Assembly: GCA_045598105.1 (NCBI GenBank)
Contig: JAZLLK010000087.1
Location: 11,772-75,771, forward strand
Direction of reading: 5' to 3'
Source: Bacteroidales bacterium
Lineage (GTDB): Bacteria > Bacteroidota > Bacteroidia > Bacteroidales > WCHB1-69
DNA: 64,000 bases
This document shows positions 8,781 through 18,832 of the stretch, one piece after another. The stretch's first letter is position 1. Each line of letters begins with the position of its first letter. The notes beneath the pieces were generated by a model that searched no databases, was not told the DNA's origin, and saw nothing but the letters and a program-made list of their open reading frames with translations. Made by a program: the position numbers and the translations under genes.

Positions 8781-9239
8781 ATGTTTTTTTCAAAAGTTAT
8801 ATTAAAGTCAACTTCAGGTCAAATAACTGAGTTAGAAAAGTTTATTGATAGCATTATGCATAACTATAGTATAGAGGAGCAGTATAGAGGAGTTATAACG
8901 GTTCCATTAGTAGAGAGTGTAAAAAATGCCATAAGTCATGGTAATGGCAATGATGCTTCTAAGCGGGTAACAGTAGCTATGCAGGTGCATAATTCCAAAT
9001 TGAAGTTTTCAGTGGAAGATGAAGGTAAAGGTTTTGATTATGAATTGGAAATGCATAAAAATATAGCTGAAAAAACGGGAAGAGGATTAAATAAAGTAGA
9101 GTTATTGGCTCAAAATGTAAGTTTTGAAAAAAACGGAGCTTGTATAACGTATAGTGTGGATGTACCTTTTAAGGTAATGATGCCGCAACGCACATTGAGC
9201 AAAGCACACTCTAATATATCAGTAGAACAATATATATAG
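8781..9239 (+). CDS. Histidine-kinase-like ATPase, RsbW/SpoIIAB-type (anti-sigma-factor-like)
   Basis: N-box-like NAISHGN, a G-box-like EDEGKGFD, and TGRGL. Single-domain protein of 152 aa. Confidence 0.5.
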   Translation: MFFSKVILKSTSGQITELEKFIDSIMHNYSIEEQYRGVITVPLVESVKNAISHGNGNDASKRVTVAMQVHNSKLKFSVEDEGKGFDYELEMHKNIAEKTGRGLNKVELLAQNVSFEKNGACITYSVDVPFKVMMPQRTLSKAHSNISVEQYI

Positions 9240-9243
9240 TATA

Positions 9244-9669
9244 ATGAAGTCCATATATTTTTATAATGAAGATACAGTTTTTGAATTAAAAAACAAAACC
9301 AAAATAAGAAGTTTACTTCAAATTATGGCTCAGGAAGAAAAAAAGAATATAGGTCAACTGACCTATATTTTTTGTTCTGATGAGTATTTGTTACACATGA
9401 ATCAGCAGTATTTACAGCATGATTACTTAACCGATGTAATCACATTTGATTACACGGTAAAAAATGAAATATCCGGAGATGTTTTTATATCCGTTGATAG
9501 AGTAAAAGATAATGCTAAAATATATCATCAAAAGTTTTTTGACGAAACATTAAGGGTAATATGTCACGGAACTTTGCATTTGTGTGGATACAAGGATAAA
9601 TCCGAAAAAGACGAAAAACTGATGCGAAAGAAAGAAAATTATTACCTTGAAAAGTATTTAAGTATTTAA
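9244..9669 (+). CDS. ybeY: rRNA maturation RNase YbeY
   Basis: Zinc motif HGTLHLCGY. 141 aa. Confidence 0.9.
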   Translation: MKSIYFYNEDTVFELKNKTKIRSLLQIMAQEEKKNIGQLTYIFCSDEYLLHMNQQYLQHDYLTDVITFDYTVKNEISGDVFISVDRVKDNAKIYHQKFFDETLRVICHGTLHLCGYKDKSEKDEKLMRKKENYYLEKYLSI

Positions 9670-9689
9670 ATATCAGTATTTAATATTAA

Positions 9690-9705
9690 TGTTTCACGTG
9701 GAACA
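9690..9705. other. parS centromere-like site (TGTTTCACGTGGAACA)
   Basis: Exact reverse complement of the classical parS 16-mer TGTTCCACGTGAAACA. It lies just upstream of the likely mnmG start. Confidence 0.8.
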
Positions 9706-9715
9706 TATACAAAAA

Positions 9716-11584
9716 ATGAATAATACGTACGACGTAATAGTAGTGGGTGCGGGTCATGCCGGTTGTGAAGCTGCCGCTGCCGCTGCCAAGTTAAAATGTA
9801 AAACATTGTTAATAACAATGAATTTGAATACTATTGCACAAATGTCATGTAATCCGGCCATAGGCGGAGTGGCCAAGGGGCAAATAGTACGTGAAATAGA
9901 TGCGTTAGGAGGTATCACGGCTAAAATTACCGATATGTCCACCATACAATTCAGAATGCTTAATTTATCAAAAGGTCCGGCAATGTGGAGCCCCAGAGCT
10001 CAATGTGATAAAACCCGTTTTTCATTGAATTGGGCACAGGTGCTGAGCACTATTCCAAATTTGTACATGCGGGAAGATACCGTAGTGGATTTAAATTTGG
10101 AAAACGGAGCGTATAAAACCATAGTTACCAAGTTAGGAGCAATATTTTATACCAAGGCCATAATACTTACTAATGGTACTTTTCTTAATGGTAAAATACA
10201 TGTAGGAGAAGTTAATTTTTCAGGAGGTCGCATAGGTGAAAAATCCAGTAAAGGCATAACCGAAAAATTAAAGGAATACGGATTTGAATCCTATCGTCTC
10301 AAAACAGGTACTCCGGTTAGAATAGATAAGCGAACCATAGATTTTTCAAAAATGGAGTGTCAGGCGGGCGATGAAAATATAGTAGGTTTTTCATTTTATA
10401 GAACTAAAAAAATAAAAAATAAACTGCCATGTTGGATATGTTATACTTCCACACAGGTACATGACATATTACGCAAGGGGTTTAAATATTCACCCATGTT
10501 TCAGGGAAGAATATCAGGAGTGGGCCCCAGATATTGTCCATCAATAGAAGATAAAATAGAACGTTTTTCCGATAAGGACCGCCATCAGTTATTTTTGGAA
10601 CCCGAAACCGAGGATGGTATATCATATTATTTAAACGGCTTTTCTTCTTCACTGCCCGAAGATGTACAAATAGAGGCTTTGCATAAAATAGCAGGCTTAG
10701 AAAACGCGCATGTACTCAAGCCCGGCTATGCCATAGAGTATGATTATTTTGACCCTACACAGTTAAAAGCCACATTAGAAACCAAAATAGCGGAGAATTT
10801 GTATTTTGCCGGGCAAATTAACGGAACTACCGGATATGAAGAAGCAGCCTCGCAGGGATTAATAGCCGGAATAAATGCAGCTTTAAAAATACAAAATAAA
10901 ACTCCGTTGGTATTATCACGTGACCAGTCGTATATAGGTGTACTCATAGATGATTTGGTTACTAAAGGGGTAGACGAACCTTATAGAATGTTTACCTCCA
11001 GAGCAGAATATCGTATATTGCTAAGACAGGATAATGCAGATATGCGATTAATGCCTGTAGCCCATAGTATAGGTATGATAAACGATGCCGTATATAAAAA
11101 ATATTTGCTTAAAAAACAACAAATAGAGCAGGTTGTAAAACTCATTCGGGAATGGAGTGTAGAACCGAGTGAAATAAATGCATTATTAAATGAAAATGGT
11201 TTATCACCACTTACCCAAAAAATAAAAATGAGTCAATTATTGTTGCGTCCTCAAATATGTTTGCAACAAATAATAACAACCATTCCTTCCTTTAAACAAT
11301 ATATAGAAAGAAAAAAATGGAAACCTTCTGTGCTGGAGCAGGCAGAAATAATCATTAAATATGAAAGCTATATACAAAAGGAAAACGAAATGGTGAAAAA
11401 AATGCACGAGTTGGAAAAAATAAAAATTCCTGAAAATATCAATTACATGTCATTGCAATCACTTTCTACTGAGGCCCGACAAAAACTAACCAGAATAAAA
11501 CCGGACACTATAGGTCAGGCATCACGTATTCCCGGAGTATCGCCTTCCGATATTTCAGTGCTATTAATATTATTAAGAAGATAG
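9716..11584 (+). CDS. mnmG: tRNA uridine 5-carboxymethylaminomethyl modification enzyme MnmG (GidA)
   Basis: [19 protein letters not shown] fold and full-length GidA-like sequence. The ORF-track start at 9689 (MFHVEH) is a translation of the parS site, so the ATG at 9716 is preferred. Confidence 0.93.
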   Translation: MNNTYDVIVVGAGHAGCEAAAAAAKLKCKTLLITMNLNTIAQMSCNPAIGGVAKGQIVREIDALGGITAKITDMSTIQFRMLNLSKGPAMWSPRAQCDKTRFSLNWAQVLSTIPNLYMREDTVVDLNLENGAYKTIVTKLGAIFYTKAIILTNGTFLNGKIHVGEVNFSGGRIGEKSSKGITEKLKEYGFESYRLKTGTPVRIDKRTIDFSKMECQAGDENIVGFSFYRTKKIKNKLPCWICYTSTQVHDILRKGFKYSPMFQGRISGVGPRYCPSIEDKIERFSDKDRHQLFLEPETEDGISYYLNGFSSSLPEDVQIEALHKIAGLENAHVLKPGYAIEYDYFDPTQLKATLETKIAENLYFAGQINGTTGYEEAASQGLIAGINAALKIQNKTPLVLSRDQSYIGVLIDDLVTKGVDEPYRMFTSRAEYRILLRQDNADMRLMPVAHSIGMINDAVYKKYLLKKQQIEQVVKLIREWSVEPSEINALLNENGLSPLTQKIKMSQLLLRPQICLQQIITTIPSFKQYIERKKWKPSVLEQAEIIIKYESYIQKENEMVKKMHELEKIKIPENINYMSLQSLSTEARQKLTRIKPDTIGQASRIPGVSPSDISVLLILLRR

Positions 11585-11598
11585 TTTCACGTGAAACA
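11583..11598. other. parS-like site (AGTTTCACGTGAAACA, 15/16 to consensus)
   Basis: The core GTTTCACGTGAAAC is a perfect palindrome. It overlaps the mnmG stop codon. Confidence 0.7.
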
Positions 11599-11796
11599 TT
11601 AGTGTAAAATATTAATAATCAAGTAGTAAGTGTAATATCAAATAGCGTAAAAGATGGCAGATTTAAAAAAAACACGTTAGGAGGCACTTTTAAAAAAAAG
11701 TGGAAGAATATATCAACTTTAAGAAAAAAATGGCTTAAATCGAATTTTTTAAGAAAACAATTAAAAAACAAATAGTTAAAGAATTTGAAAGGCAAC

Positions 11797-13065
11797 ATGA
11801 GTAACACAGATACTAATCAAATAGAAATAATGGCACCGGTAGGCTCGTATGAGTCATTAATGGCGGCCATACAGGCCCAAGCCGATGCGGTATATTTTGG
11901 AATAGGAAATTTGAATATGCGGTCGCGTTCGTCCATCAATTTTTCTATTGACGATATGCAGCAAATAGTGAAGATATGTAAGGAGTACCATGTAAAAACA
12001 TATCTTACCGTAAATACCATTATATATAATGATGAAATAGAGCAAATGAAGTATTTGGTGCAAATGGCCAAAAAAAATGATATTACAGCTATTATAGCAT
12101 CAGATTTATCGGTAATACAATACGCCCGTGAAATAGGGGTAGAAGTGCACATATCTACACAATGTAATATTACCAATATAGAAGCCGTAAAGTTTTTTGC
12201 CCGTTATGCAGATGTAATAGTAACAGCCAGAGAACTTAATTTAACGCAGGTAGCGGCCATTATAAAGCAAATAAAAGAAAACAATATATGCGGACCTTCA
12301 GGTCAATTGGTAAGAATAGAGGTGTTTGCACATGGGGCATTGTGCATGGCTGTATCGGGTAAGTGCTATTTAAGTTTGCATAATTTTAATTATTCGGCCA
12401 ATAGAGGAGCCTGTTTGCAACCTTGTAGAAGAGCTTACACGGTACATGATGCTGAAAATGAAGTGGAAGCACTAATAGACGAAAAATACATAATGTCTCC
12501 TAAGGATTTGTGTACCATAGGTTTTTTGGATAAAATAGTGCAGGCCGGTGTAATGGTGCTAAAAATAGAAGGAAGGGGCCGTTCCCCGGAATATGTAAAA
12601 ACAGTAACCCAATGTTATAAGGAAGCATCACAAGCTGTGTTGGATGGTACTTATAATGAACAAAAAGTAAAAGGATGGATACAAAAGCTTGAAAGTGTAT
12701 ATAATAGAGGTTTTTGGGATGGGTATTATTTAGGCCGCCGATTAGGCGAATGGACCCAACGTTATGGTTCACAGGCCAAAAAAGTAAAGGTGTATGTAGG
12801 CAAAATAACCAATTATTTTGCCAAAATAGGTGTGGCTGAAATAAAGATGGAATCGGAAAACTTGCATATAGGAGATAGTATTTTAATTATAGGCCCTACT
12901 ACAGGTGTATGCGAAACTACATTAGATGAAATAAGGGTGGATTTAAAAAATGTGGAACAGGCCGAAAAAGGTTGTGACTGTTCTATACCGGTAAATGCGG
13001 TTTTACGTAGAAATGATAAAGTGTATAAGTTGGTAAGTGCTTGCGATAGTGATATATACGAGTAA
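11797..13065 (+). CDS. Peptidase U32 family protein
   Basis: U32 signature region EVFAHGALCMAVSGKCYLS. The ORF opens at a TTG at 11785, and the first ATG is at 11797. Confidence 0.85.
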   Translation: MSNTDTNQIEIMAPVGSYESLMAAIQAQADAVYFGIGNLNMRSRSSINFSIDDMQQIVKICKEYHVKTYLTVNTIIYNDEIEQMKYLVQMAKKNDITAIIASDLSVIQYAREIGVEVHISTQCNITNIEAVKFFARYADVIVTARELNLTQVAAIIKQIKENNICGPSGQLVRIEVFAHGALCMAVSGKCYLSLHNFNYSANRGACLQPCRRAYTVHDAENEVEALIDEKYIMSPKDLCTIGFLDKIVQAGVMVLKIEGRGRSPEYVKTVTQCYKEASQAVLDGTYNEQKVKGWIQKLESVYNRGFWDGYYLGRRLGEWTQRYGSQAKKVKVYVGKITNYFAKIGVAEIKMESENLHIGDSILIIGPTTGVCETTLDEIRVDLKNVEQAEKGCDCSIPVNAVLRRNDKVYKLVSACDSDIYE

Positions 13066-13121
13066 CAATATTTTTTCTTAAAAAATTTTCATAAAAAGGC
13101 TGTTCGTATTTAAAAAAAGTT

Positions 13122-13129
13122 TACCTTTG
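13122..13129 (+). promoter_or_regulatory. -7 box TAccTTTG (ssb)
   Basis: 34 nt upstream of the ATG at 13163. Confidence 0.55.
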
Positions 13130-13162
13130 TAGCAATTAATAACTTTAAAAAACAATATAATT

Positions 13163-13594
13163 ATGGCAGGAATTAATAAAGTAATTTTAGTAGGAAACTT
13201 AGGCAGAGATCCTGAAGTTAAAACATTGGAAACAGGCGCAAAGTACGCCAGATTTTCGTTAGCAACCACCGAAAGTTATAAAGACAAAAGCGGTGAAAGA
13301 AAAGATCGTACCGAATGGCATAATATTATATGCTGGAGGGGTTTGGCTGAAATAGCCGAAAAGTACCTTACCAAGGGGAATTCTATTTATTTGGAAGGTA
13401 AAATAAGAACCACTTCATGGGAAGATAACGGTCAAAAAAGAACCAGCGTTGAAATAGTAGCAGATACTTTTACCATGCTAGGGTCTAAAAACAATGGTGC
13501 ATCTGCCTCAGAGTCAAACGGACTTAAGGCACCGGTGGTAGAGCCGGCACCTATTAACGCCGAGCCGGATTCCGGTGATGATTTACCATTTTAA
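13163..13594 (+). CDS. ssb: Single-stranded DNA-binding protein
   Basis: OB-fold N-terminus MAGINKVILVGNLGRDPE and the acidic C-terminal tip DDLPF. Confidence 0.93.
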   Translation: MAGINKVILVGNLGRDPEVKTLETGAKYARFSLATTESYKDKSGERKDRTEWHNIICWRGLAEIAEKYLTKGNSIYLEGKIRTTSWEDNGQKRTSVEIVADTFTMLGSKNNGASASESNGLKAPVVEPAPINAEPDSGDDLPF

Positions 13595-14265
13595 TGACAG
13601 TTCAATTAAGCACACAAGTATTTGATTTTCTTCAAAATATAGAAGAAAACAATAATCGTGAATGGTTCTTGGAACACAAAAACGACTATAACAAAGCGTT
13701 CACTAATGTAGAACGCTTTGTTTCTGTTTTAATACAAGAATTATCACAATATGATGTTACCATAGCCGATCAGGAAGCCAAAAAATGCATATACAGAATA
13801 TATCGTGATTTAAGGTTTAGTCCGGATAAGCGTCCGTATAAAACATATTTTGGTGCCTATATAGCCATGGGCGGAAAAAGCCTTAATAATGCCGGTTATT
13901 ATGTGCATATACAGCACAATATGTCAATAATAGCTGCCGGATTATGGTGCCCGGAGCCGGCATTACTTAAAAAAATAAGAGAAGAATTATATTATGGTCC
14001 GGAAGAAATGCACCAAATATTACATGAAAAAAATTTTGTGGAACATTGGGGTGGCATAAGTGATGAGGATAGCTTGAAAAAGGTTCCCTTGATGTATCCT
14101 AAAGATTTTGAATATGCGTACCTGTTAAAATACAAAAGTTTTTGTGCGGTAAAACCTTATACTGATGTACAGGTATGTGCAAAAGATTATATGGCGAATT
14201 GTATAAATGATTTTTTGTCTGCAGTGCCTTTAATTAATTATATGAATTATTTAAAGCATTTATAA
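13594..14265 (+). CDS. DUF2461 (TIGR02453) family protein
   Basis: NNREWF...IYRIYRDLRFSPDKRPYKTYFG motif. TAATG overlap with ssb. Confidence 0.75.
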   Translation: MTVQLSTQVFDFLQNIEENNNREWFLEHKNDYNKAFTNVERFVSVLIQELSQYDVTIADQEAKKCIYRIYRDLRFSPDKRPYKTYFGAYIAMGGKSLNNAGYYVHIQHNMSIIAAGLWCPEPALLKKIREELYYGPEEMHQILHEKNFVEHWGGISDEDSLKKVPLMYPKDFEYAYLLKYKSFCAVKPYTDVQVCAKDYMANCINDFLSAVPLINYMNYLKHL

Positions 14266-14271
14266 TCAATA

Positions 14272-15207
14272 TTATATAGTAATATAGTGAAGGAGTTTTT
14301 CGTATAGCTCATCATAGAAGTGTATCACTTTTTTTATGTCTTCTACCGAGGAATAAGGTCCGTTTTGTTCTCTATATATTACCAGTGATTTGGCTACAAA
14401 ATAATCTATATAAGGGTGTTTACTCATGGATTTAATATCCGCAGTGTTAATATTTATTTTCACTATAAGTGATGTATCTATATAAAAGTATGGCTTAATT
14501 TGTTCATATTGAGTACTATCCATGCCATATATTTCCCGTAATTGGTTCACTTGATAGTATCCGCCCAGTTTGTTACGATAGCGAATTATTTTAGAGGCAG
14601 TTTTAGGTCCCACTTTAGGAACCCTTAGTAGTCCCAAACTGTCTTCAGCGTTCAAGTTAATTTGAAATTTATACATTTTGGCAGTAAGTGGAGTATTATG
14701 GCCGGTGGCGTGTTGTGTATGGGTAGCAGTAGTGTAAGCAAATTGTATATAAGGTTTTAGCTGTTGGTATTCGTAGTTGTTAATACAATATATCTTTTTC
14801 AAATCCTCAGCAGTACGTATTTTACCGCCTTTAGACATATATTTATTTATTTGAGTCGCTTTTTTGCGATTAAAACCCATGTTTATCCAATCATTAATGG
14901 TCATGGTATCAGCACAAAAAGTGTGCGGATGCATGTAGTGAGGCATGTTATGGGTGTATTTTTGTCTGCGTGTTAGGGCAATAGAATCCTGTATGTGTTT
15001 TTGATAAGCAAAAAAATCGGCTATTTCGGTATTATCGTTTTGTTGCAACTTATAGGACTTATGTAAAGATATATAACTTACTATGCATGTAGCTGTAATT
15101 ACAAGGCAAATGATAATTACAAGGACTATTATACCACGGGTTTCGGCCATGGTAAAGTCAAGAACATCCTTTATTTTAGCCGTAAAACGCCCGGATGATT
15201 TAGCCAT
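14272..15207 (-). CDS. Membrane-anchored helix-hairpin-helix (ComEA-like) DNA-binding protein
   Basis: N-terminal TM helix and repeated HhH-like segments (LLRVPKVGPKTASKIIRYR; NTADIKSMSKHPYIDYFVAKSLVIYR). Confidence 0.6.
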   Translation of the reverse strand: MAKSSGRFTAKIKDVLDFTMAETRGIIVLVIIICLVITATCIVSYISLHKSYKLQQNDNTEIADFFAYQKHIQDSIALTRRQKYTHNMPHYMHPHTFCADTMTINDWINMGFNRKKATQINKYMSKGGKIRTAEDLKKIYCINNYEYQQLKPYIQFAYTTATHTQHATGHNTPLTAKMYKFQINLNAEDSLGLLRVPKVGPKTASKIIRYRNKLGGYYQVNQLREIYGMDSTQYEQIKPYFYIDTSLIVKININTADIKSMSKHPYIDYFVAKSLVIYREQNGPYSSVEDIKKVIHFYDELYEKLLHYITI

Positions 15208-15946
15208 ATATGTGTAAATTTTGATTCAAATGTATAAGTTTAACGCCAAACCATGTAAAAAGTAAGGTCATATAAGCTATAATGTGTAGTATATAAAAAA
15301 GAGTAGGCTTATGCAAAGAGCATTTACACATGGTATATATAAGTAAAGAAATAAGGGCAAAGCATTCTTTACTATCCCAATTCCAATAATATCCCCATAT
15401 ATTTTTTGCCCATATACAGCCTATAAGCAATCCGCAAAACAAGCAAAAATACCCTATATTGAAGCAGAATATAAAAGGTTTACTTACATTGGTGTTATGT
15501 ATAATATTATGTATAGCCCACACACAGCATATACTTAAGCAAGCATATGCTATAATATAAACAAGTACATGCGGTACAAACCAAAAACTGCTCAAAGCCG
15601 GAGTGAGCGTGTATGGGGATATATGAACAAACAATAAATTATTGATAATAAATATTATACTAATAATTCCACCCATATAATATATTTTGTCCCATTTTGT
15701 ATGTTTCCATATAAACAGGGTAAAGAGCACTATAAGCAATATAAACCATGTAACGGTGTGCCACATAATGGCAAAAGGAGGAGTATGGTATAAACAAATA
15801 TAGGTTATAAGTAGGGTTAAGGAGCCTATACCGGAGCATAATAATAAGTAGAACGCCCATTTATGATGGCCTTTTTGTAGTAATAAGCATCCTAAAATAA
15901 GGAAAAGTAATTGTGTAGAAAGTATTAAAGTTGATAGTAAAATCAT
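15200..15946 (-). CDS. CcsA/CcmC-family heme-handling membrane protein (short, standalone)
   Basis: Polytopic protein with the W-rich motif WAKNIWGYYWNWDSKE. It overlaps the downstream HhH gene by 8 nt (ATGGCTAA). Confidence 0.6.
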   Translation of the reverse strand: MILLSTLILSTQLLFLILGCLLLQKGHHKWAFYLLLCSGIGSLTLLITYICLYHTPPFAIMWHTVTWFILLIVLFTLFIWKHTKWDKIYYMGGIISIIFIINNLLFVHISPYTLTPALSSFWFVPHVLVYIIAYACLSICCVWAIHNIIHNTNVSKPFIFCFNIGYFCLFCGLLIGCIWAKNIWGYYWNWDSKECFALISLLIYTMCKCSLHKPTLFYILHIIAYMTLLFTWFGVKLIHLNQNLHIYG

Positions 15947-15969
15947 AAGTAGTATATTTTAGTAAAAAG

Positions 15970-16005
15970 CAAAAAGACTCTTTCCCTAAAGAAAGAGTCT
16001 TTTTT
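15970..16005 (-). terminator. Intrinsic terminator after mreB
   Basis: AGACTCTTTC-cctaaa-GAAAGAGTCT flanked by A and T runs, immediately 3' of the mreB stop. Confidence 0.65.
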
Positions 16006-16010
16006 AGGTT

Positions 16011-17036
16011 TTATTTTTTAAGGAATGTAAATCCGTCAAAATTCTTAAGAGCAATAGCGGTACCTCTGGCTACAGCTTTAAGAGGATCTTCGGCTACGTG
16101 AACGGGCAGTTTGGTTTTAAGATTAATACGTTTGTCTAATCCTCTCAGCAAAGCGCCACCGCCGGCCAAATAAATACCGGTATTGAATATATCAGCTGAT
16201 AATTCAGGCGGAGTACGTTCCAAGGCATTGAGTACGGCTAATTCTATTTGTGAAATAGATGGATCCAATGCTGTGGCTATTTCCTGATGGGATATCATCA
16301 CGGCTTTAGGAATACCGGTAATAATATCGCTACCGCGTACTTCATACAATGGAGGTATGTCATCTATATCTGCCAAAGCGGCACCTACATTTATTTTTAT
16401 CAATTCAGCGGTACGCAAACCTATAGCCAAATTATGTTCTTTACGCATAAAGTCTATAATGTTATTGTTGAATTCATCTCCGGCTACTTTAATAGATTTA
16501 TTACTAATAATACCACCTAAAGCTATTACGGCTATTTCGCTGGTACCACCACCTATATCTACTACCATATTACCGGTGGCTTCCAACACATTAAGGCCTA
16601 TACCTATGGCGGCTGCCATAGGTTCGTGTATCAGTCGTATTTCTTTGGCTCCGGCCTGTTCGGATGAATCTCTTACAGCTCTTTCTTCTACTTCAGTAAT
16701 ACCTGAGGGGATACATACCACCATTTTGAGTGAAGGAGGAAATAATGATTTTTGTTTTTGATTCATCATGTTCAAAAATTCAATAATCATTAATTCAGCT
16801 GCCTGAAAATCGGCAATAACACCATCACGCAGCGGACGAATTACCTTAATGTCATCAGGTGTTTTACCTTCCATGAGCATGGCTTTTTCGCCTACGGCTT
16901 CCAGTTTGCCTGTATTACGATTAATGGCTACTATAGACGGCTGGTCCACTATTATTTTATCATTGTGAATGATAAGGGTATTGGCAGTACCAAGGTCTAT
17001 GGCTATTTCTTTTGTGAGGAATGAAAAAAATCCCAT
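16011..17036 (-). CDS. mreB: Rod shape-determining protein MreB
   Basis: Actin-fold motifs IAIDLGTANT and VVDIGGGTSEIAV. 341 aa. Confidence 0.95.
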   Translation of the reverse strand: MGFFSFLTKEIAIDLGTANTLIIHNDKIIVDQPSIVAINRNTGKLEAVGEKAMLMEGKTPDDIKVIRPLRDGVIADFQAAELMIIEFLNMMNQKQKSLFPPSLKMVVCIPSGITEVEERAVRDSSEQAGAKEIRLIHEPMAAAIGIGLNVLEATGNMVVDIGGGTSEIAVIALGGIISNKSIKVAGDEFNNNIIDFMRKEHNLAIGLRTAELIKINVGAALADIDDIPPLYEVRGSDIITGIPKAVMISHQEIATALDPSISQIELAVLNALERTPPELSADIFNTGIYLAGGGALLRGLDKRINLKTKLPVHVAEDPLKAVARGTAIALKNFDGFTFLKK

Positions 17037-17099
17037 ATTGTTACTTTATTTTAATATTAGCGAATAGTTTACGATGTTAAGTGTGAAAAGGTTACATTA

Positions 17100-18680
17100 T
17101 TAGTGCTTAAAATGACGTTTTCCTGTAAATACCATAGCAATACGGTATGCATTGCAGGCAGCTATTACCTCTTCATCTCTAATGCTTCCTCCGGGTTGAA
17201 CTATATATTTAATACCATATTCATTGCAAGCTTCTACACTGTCTTTAAACGGGAAAAAGGCATCGGATATAAGAACCGATTCTTCTATTTTGCAATTTTC
17301 TTTTAAGTGAAAACGCGGAATGGTAAGCCGTTGTAAACTGTCAATACGATTAGGCTGACCCATACCGGCGCCGGTGAGCCAATAATGTCCTTCAGGAGTT
17401 TGTGATACCAGGGCCATAGCATTACTCTTAAGGTATTTGCAGGCTTGGGTACCAAATTTGGCCAAGTCAATTTGCTTATGGTCAAAAGTACATTCGGTTA
17501 CCTGAGTGTAATCGGTATCTATACCTTCATCTTCATCTTGTACTAATATACCACCATTTACGGAGCGATATAATTTTTCTCCTGTAATTTGCGGTTTAAC
17601 AGGAGTAACCAGTACTCTTAAATTCTTTTTACCGGCCAATATAGCTTTGGCTTCTTCGGTATAGGAAGGAGCTATAATGATTTCTATGAATTTTTTGGCA
17701 AACCAGGATGCTATTTCAGCAGTAATTTCACAAGTGAAACATACTATACCGCCATATGCACTAACGGGGTCACCTGCCCATGCCAGTTCTAAAGCTTTCA
17801 TAGGGGTATCGGCCACGGCCAATCCGCAAGGATTCAAATGCTTAACTACTGATACGGCTACTTTATTGTTTATATTGGTAACAGCATGATAGGCGTCACT
17901 GGCGGCTTTCCATGCGGCATCAGCGTCCAGCATGTTATTATATGAAATTTCTTTACCTTGTAGACAGGGAGAATTGGCCAAAGTGTGCTCTAAGCGGGTA
18001 TTAGCAAAAGGATAAAAAACAGCCTTTTGATGAGGATTCTCTCCGTAGCGGAGCTCTTTACCATTGGTGAGACTTATTTTTTCACTTTGGGTATTACCTT
18101 GGTTAAAATAATTGAATATGGCCGAATCATAATGTGATGATGTATCAAATGCCATGCGGGCAAATTCTCTACGCTGTTCCAATGATGTTTCATTACCTTG
18201 AGTAGAAAGAAGTTCTATAAGATCATCGTACTGATTGCGTGAGCTTACGATAAGTACGTCAGCATAATTTTTAGCAGCTGCACGTATTAAAGATATGCCG
18301 CCTATGTCTATTTTTTCTATAATAGCCTGATTATCGGTAGTTTGCTTTACAGTATCTTCAAACGGATATAAATCTACTACTACCAAGTCAATGGGAGGAA
18401 TATTATATTTTTGTGCCTGTTGTAAGTCCCCTTCTTCATTACGACGATATAATATGCCACCCATTACAGATGGATGTAATGTTTTAACCCTTCCGCCAAA
18501 TATGGAAGGATATCCGGTTAATTCTTCTATGGCAGTAACTTCAAAACCTTGATTTTTAAGGTATTCGTATGTTCCACCAGTAGAAAAAATGTTTATACCA
18601 TTATTACGAAGTAATTGGGCAATGGTATCTACTTTTTCTTTATTGAAAACGGTTATTAATGCGTTTTGTATCTTTTTCAT
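17100..18680 (-). CDS. purH: Bifunctional AICAR formyltransferase / IMP cyclohydrolase
   Basis: Full-length PurH-like sequence (MGS-like N-terminal domain, VKTLHPSV..GGIL, and a C-terminal AICARFT domain). Confidence 0.95.
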   Translation of the reverse strand: MKKIQNALITVFNKEKVDTIAQLLRNNGINIFSTGGTYEYLKNQGFEVTAIEELTGYPSIFGGRVKTLHPSVMGGILYRRNEEGDLQQAQKYNIPPIDLVVVDLYPFEDTVKQTTDNQAIIEKIDIGGISLIRAAAKNYADVLIVSSRNQYDDLIELLSTQGNETSLEQRREFARMAFDTSSHYDSAIFNYFNQGNTQSEKISLTNGKELRYGENPHQKAVFYPFANTRLEHTLANSPCLQGKEISYNNMLDADAAWKAASDAYHAVTNINNKVAVSVVKHLNPCGLAVADTPMKALELAWAGDPVSAYGGIVCFTCEITAEIASWFAKKFIEIIIAPSYTEEAKAILAGKKNLRVLVTPVKPQITGEKLYRSVNGGILVQDEDEGIDTDYTQVTECTFDHKQIDLAKFGTQACKYLKSNAMALVSQTPEGHYWLTGAGMGQPNRIDSLQRLTIPRFHLKENCKIEESVLISDAFFPFKDSVEACNEYGIKYIVQPGGSIRDEEVIAACNAYRIAMVFTGKRHFKH

Positions 18681-18803
18681 ATTATGATATATATAATTAT
18701 CAAAATGTTACGTTATTTTTTTATACTATGTGAACTATTGGCAAAAATACACAAAATTTTGTTGTTGTATGTGGTTAAAAAAATTTTTTTGGACAAAAAA
18801 TTG

Positions 18804-18811
18804 TACCTTTG
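18804..18811 (+). promoter_or_regulatory. -7 box TAccTTTG (gmk operon)
   Basis: 22 nt upstream of the ATG at 18833. Confidence 0.55.
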
Positions 18812-18832
18812 CAAAAAATGTAAAATTTATAC

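Noticed and set aside
9689-9715. The [10 protein letters not shown]-terminal extension of MnmG in the ORF track.
   Set aside because: These codons are the parS palindrome itself. The FAD-binding fold begins right after the ATG at 9716.
11599-11796. Several A-runs (11665-11672, 11692-11699, 11724-11730, 11763-11768) next to the second parS, considered as phased bending tracts.
   Set aside because: The spacings of 27, 32 and 39 nt are not multiples of the helical repeat.
17726-17741. TTTCACAAGTGAAACA inside purH, which resembles parS.
   Set aside because: A 2-nt insertion breaks the CACGTG core, and the sequence lies in a conserved coding region. It is probably a coincidence.
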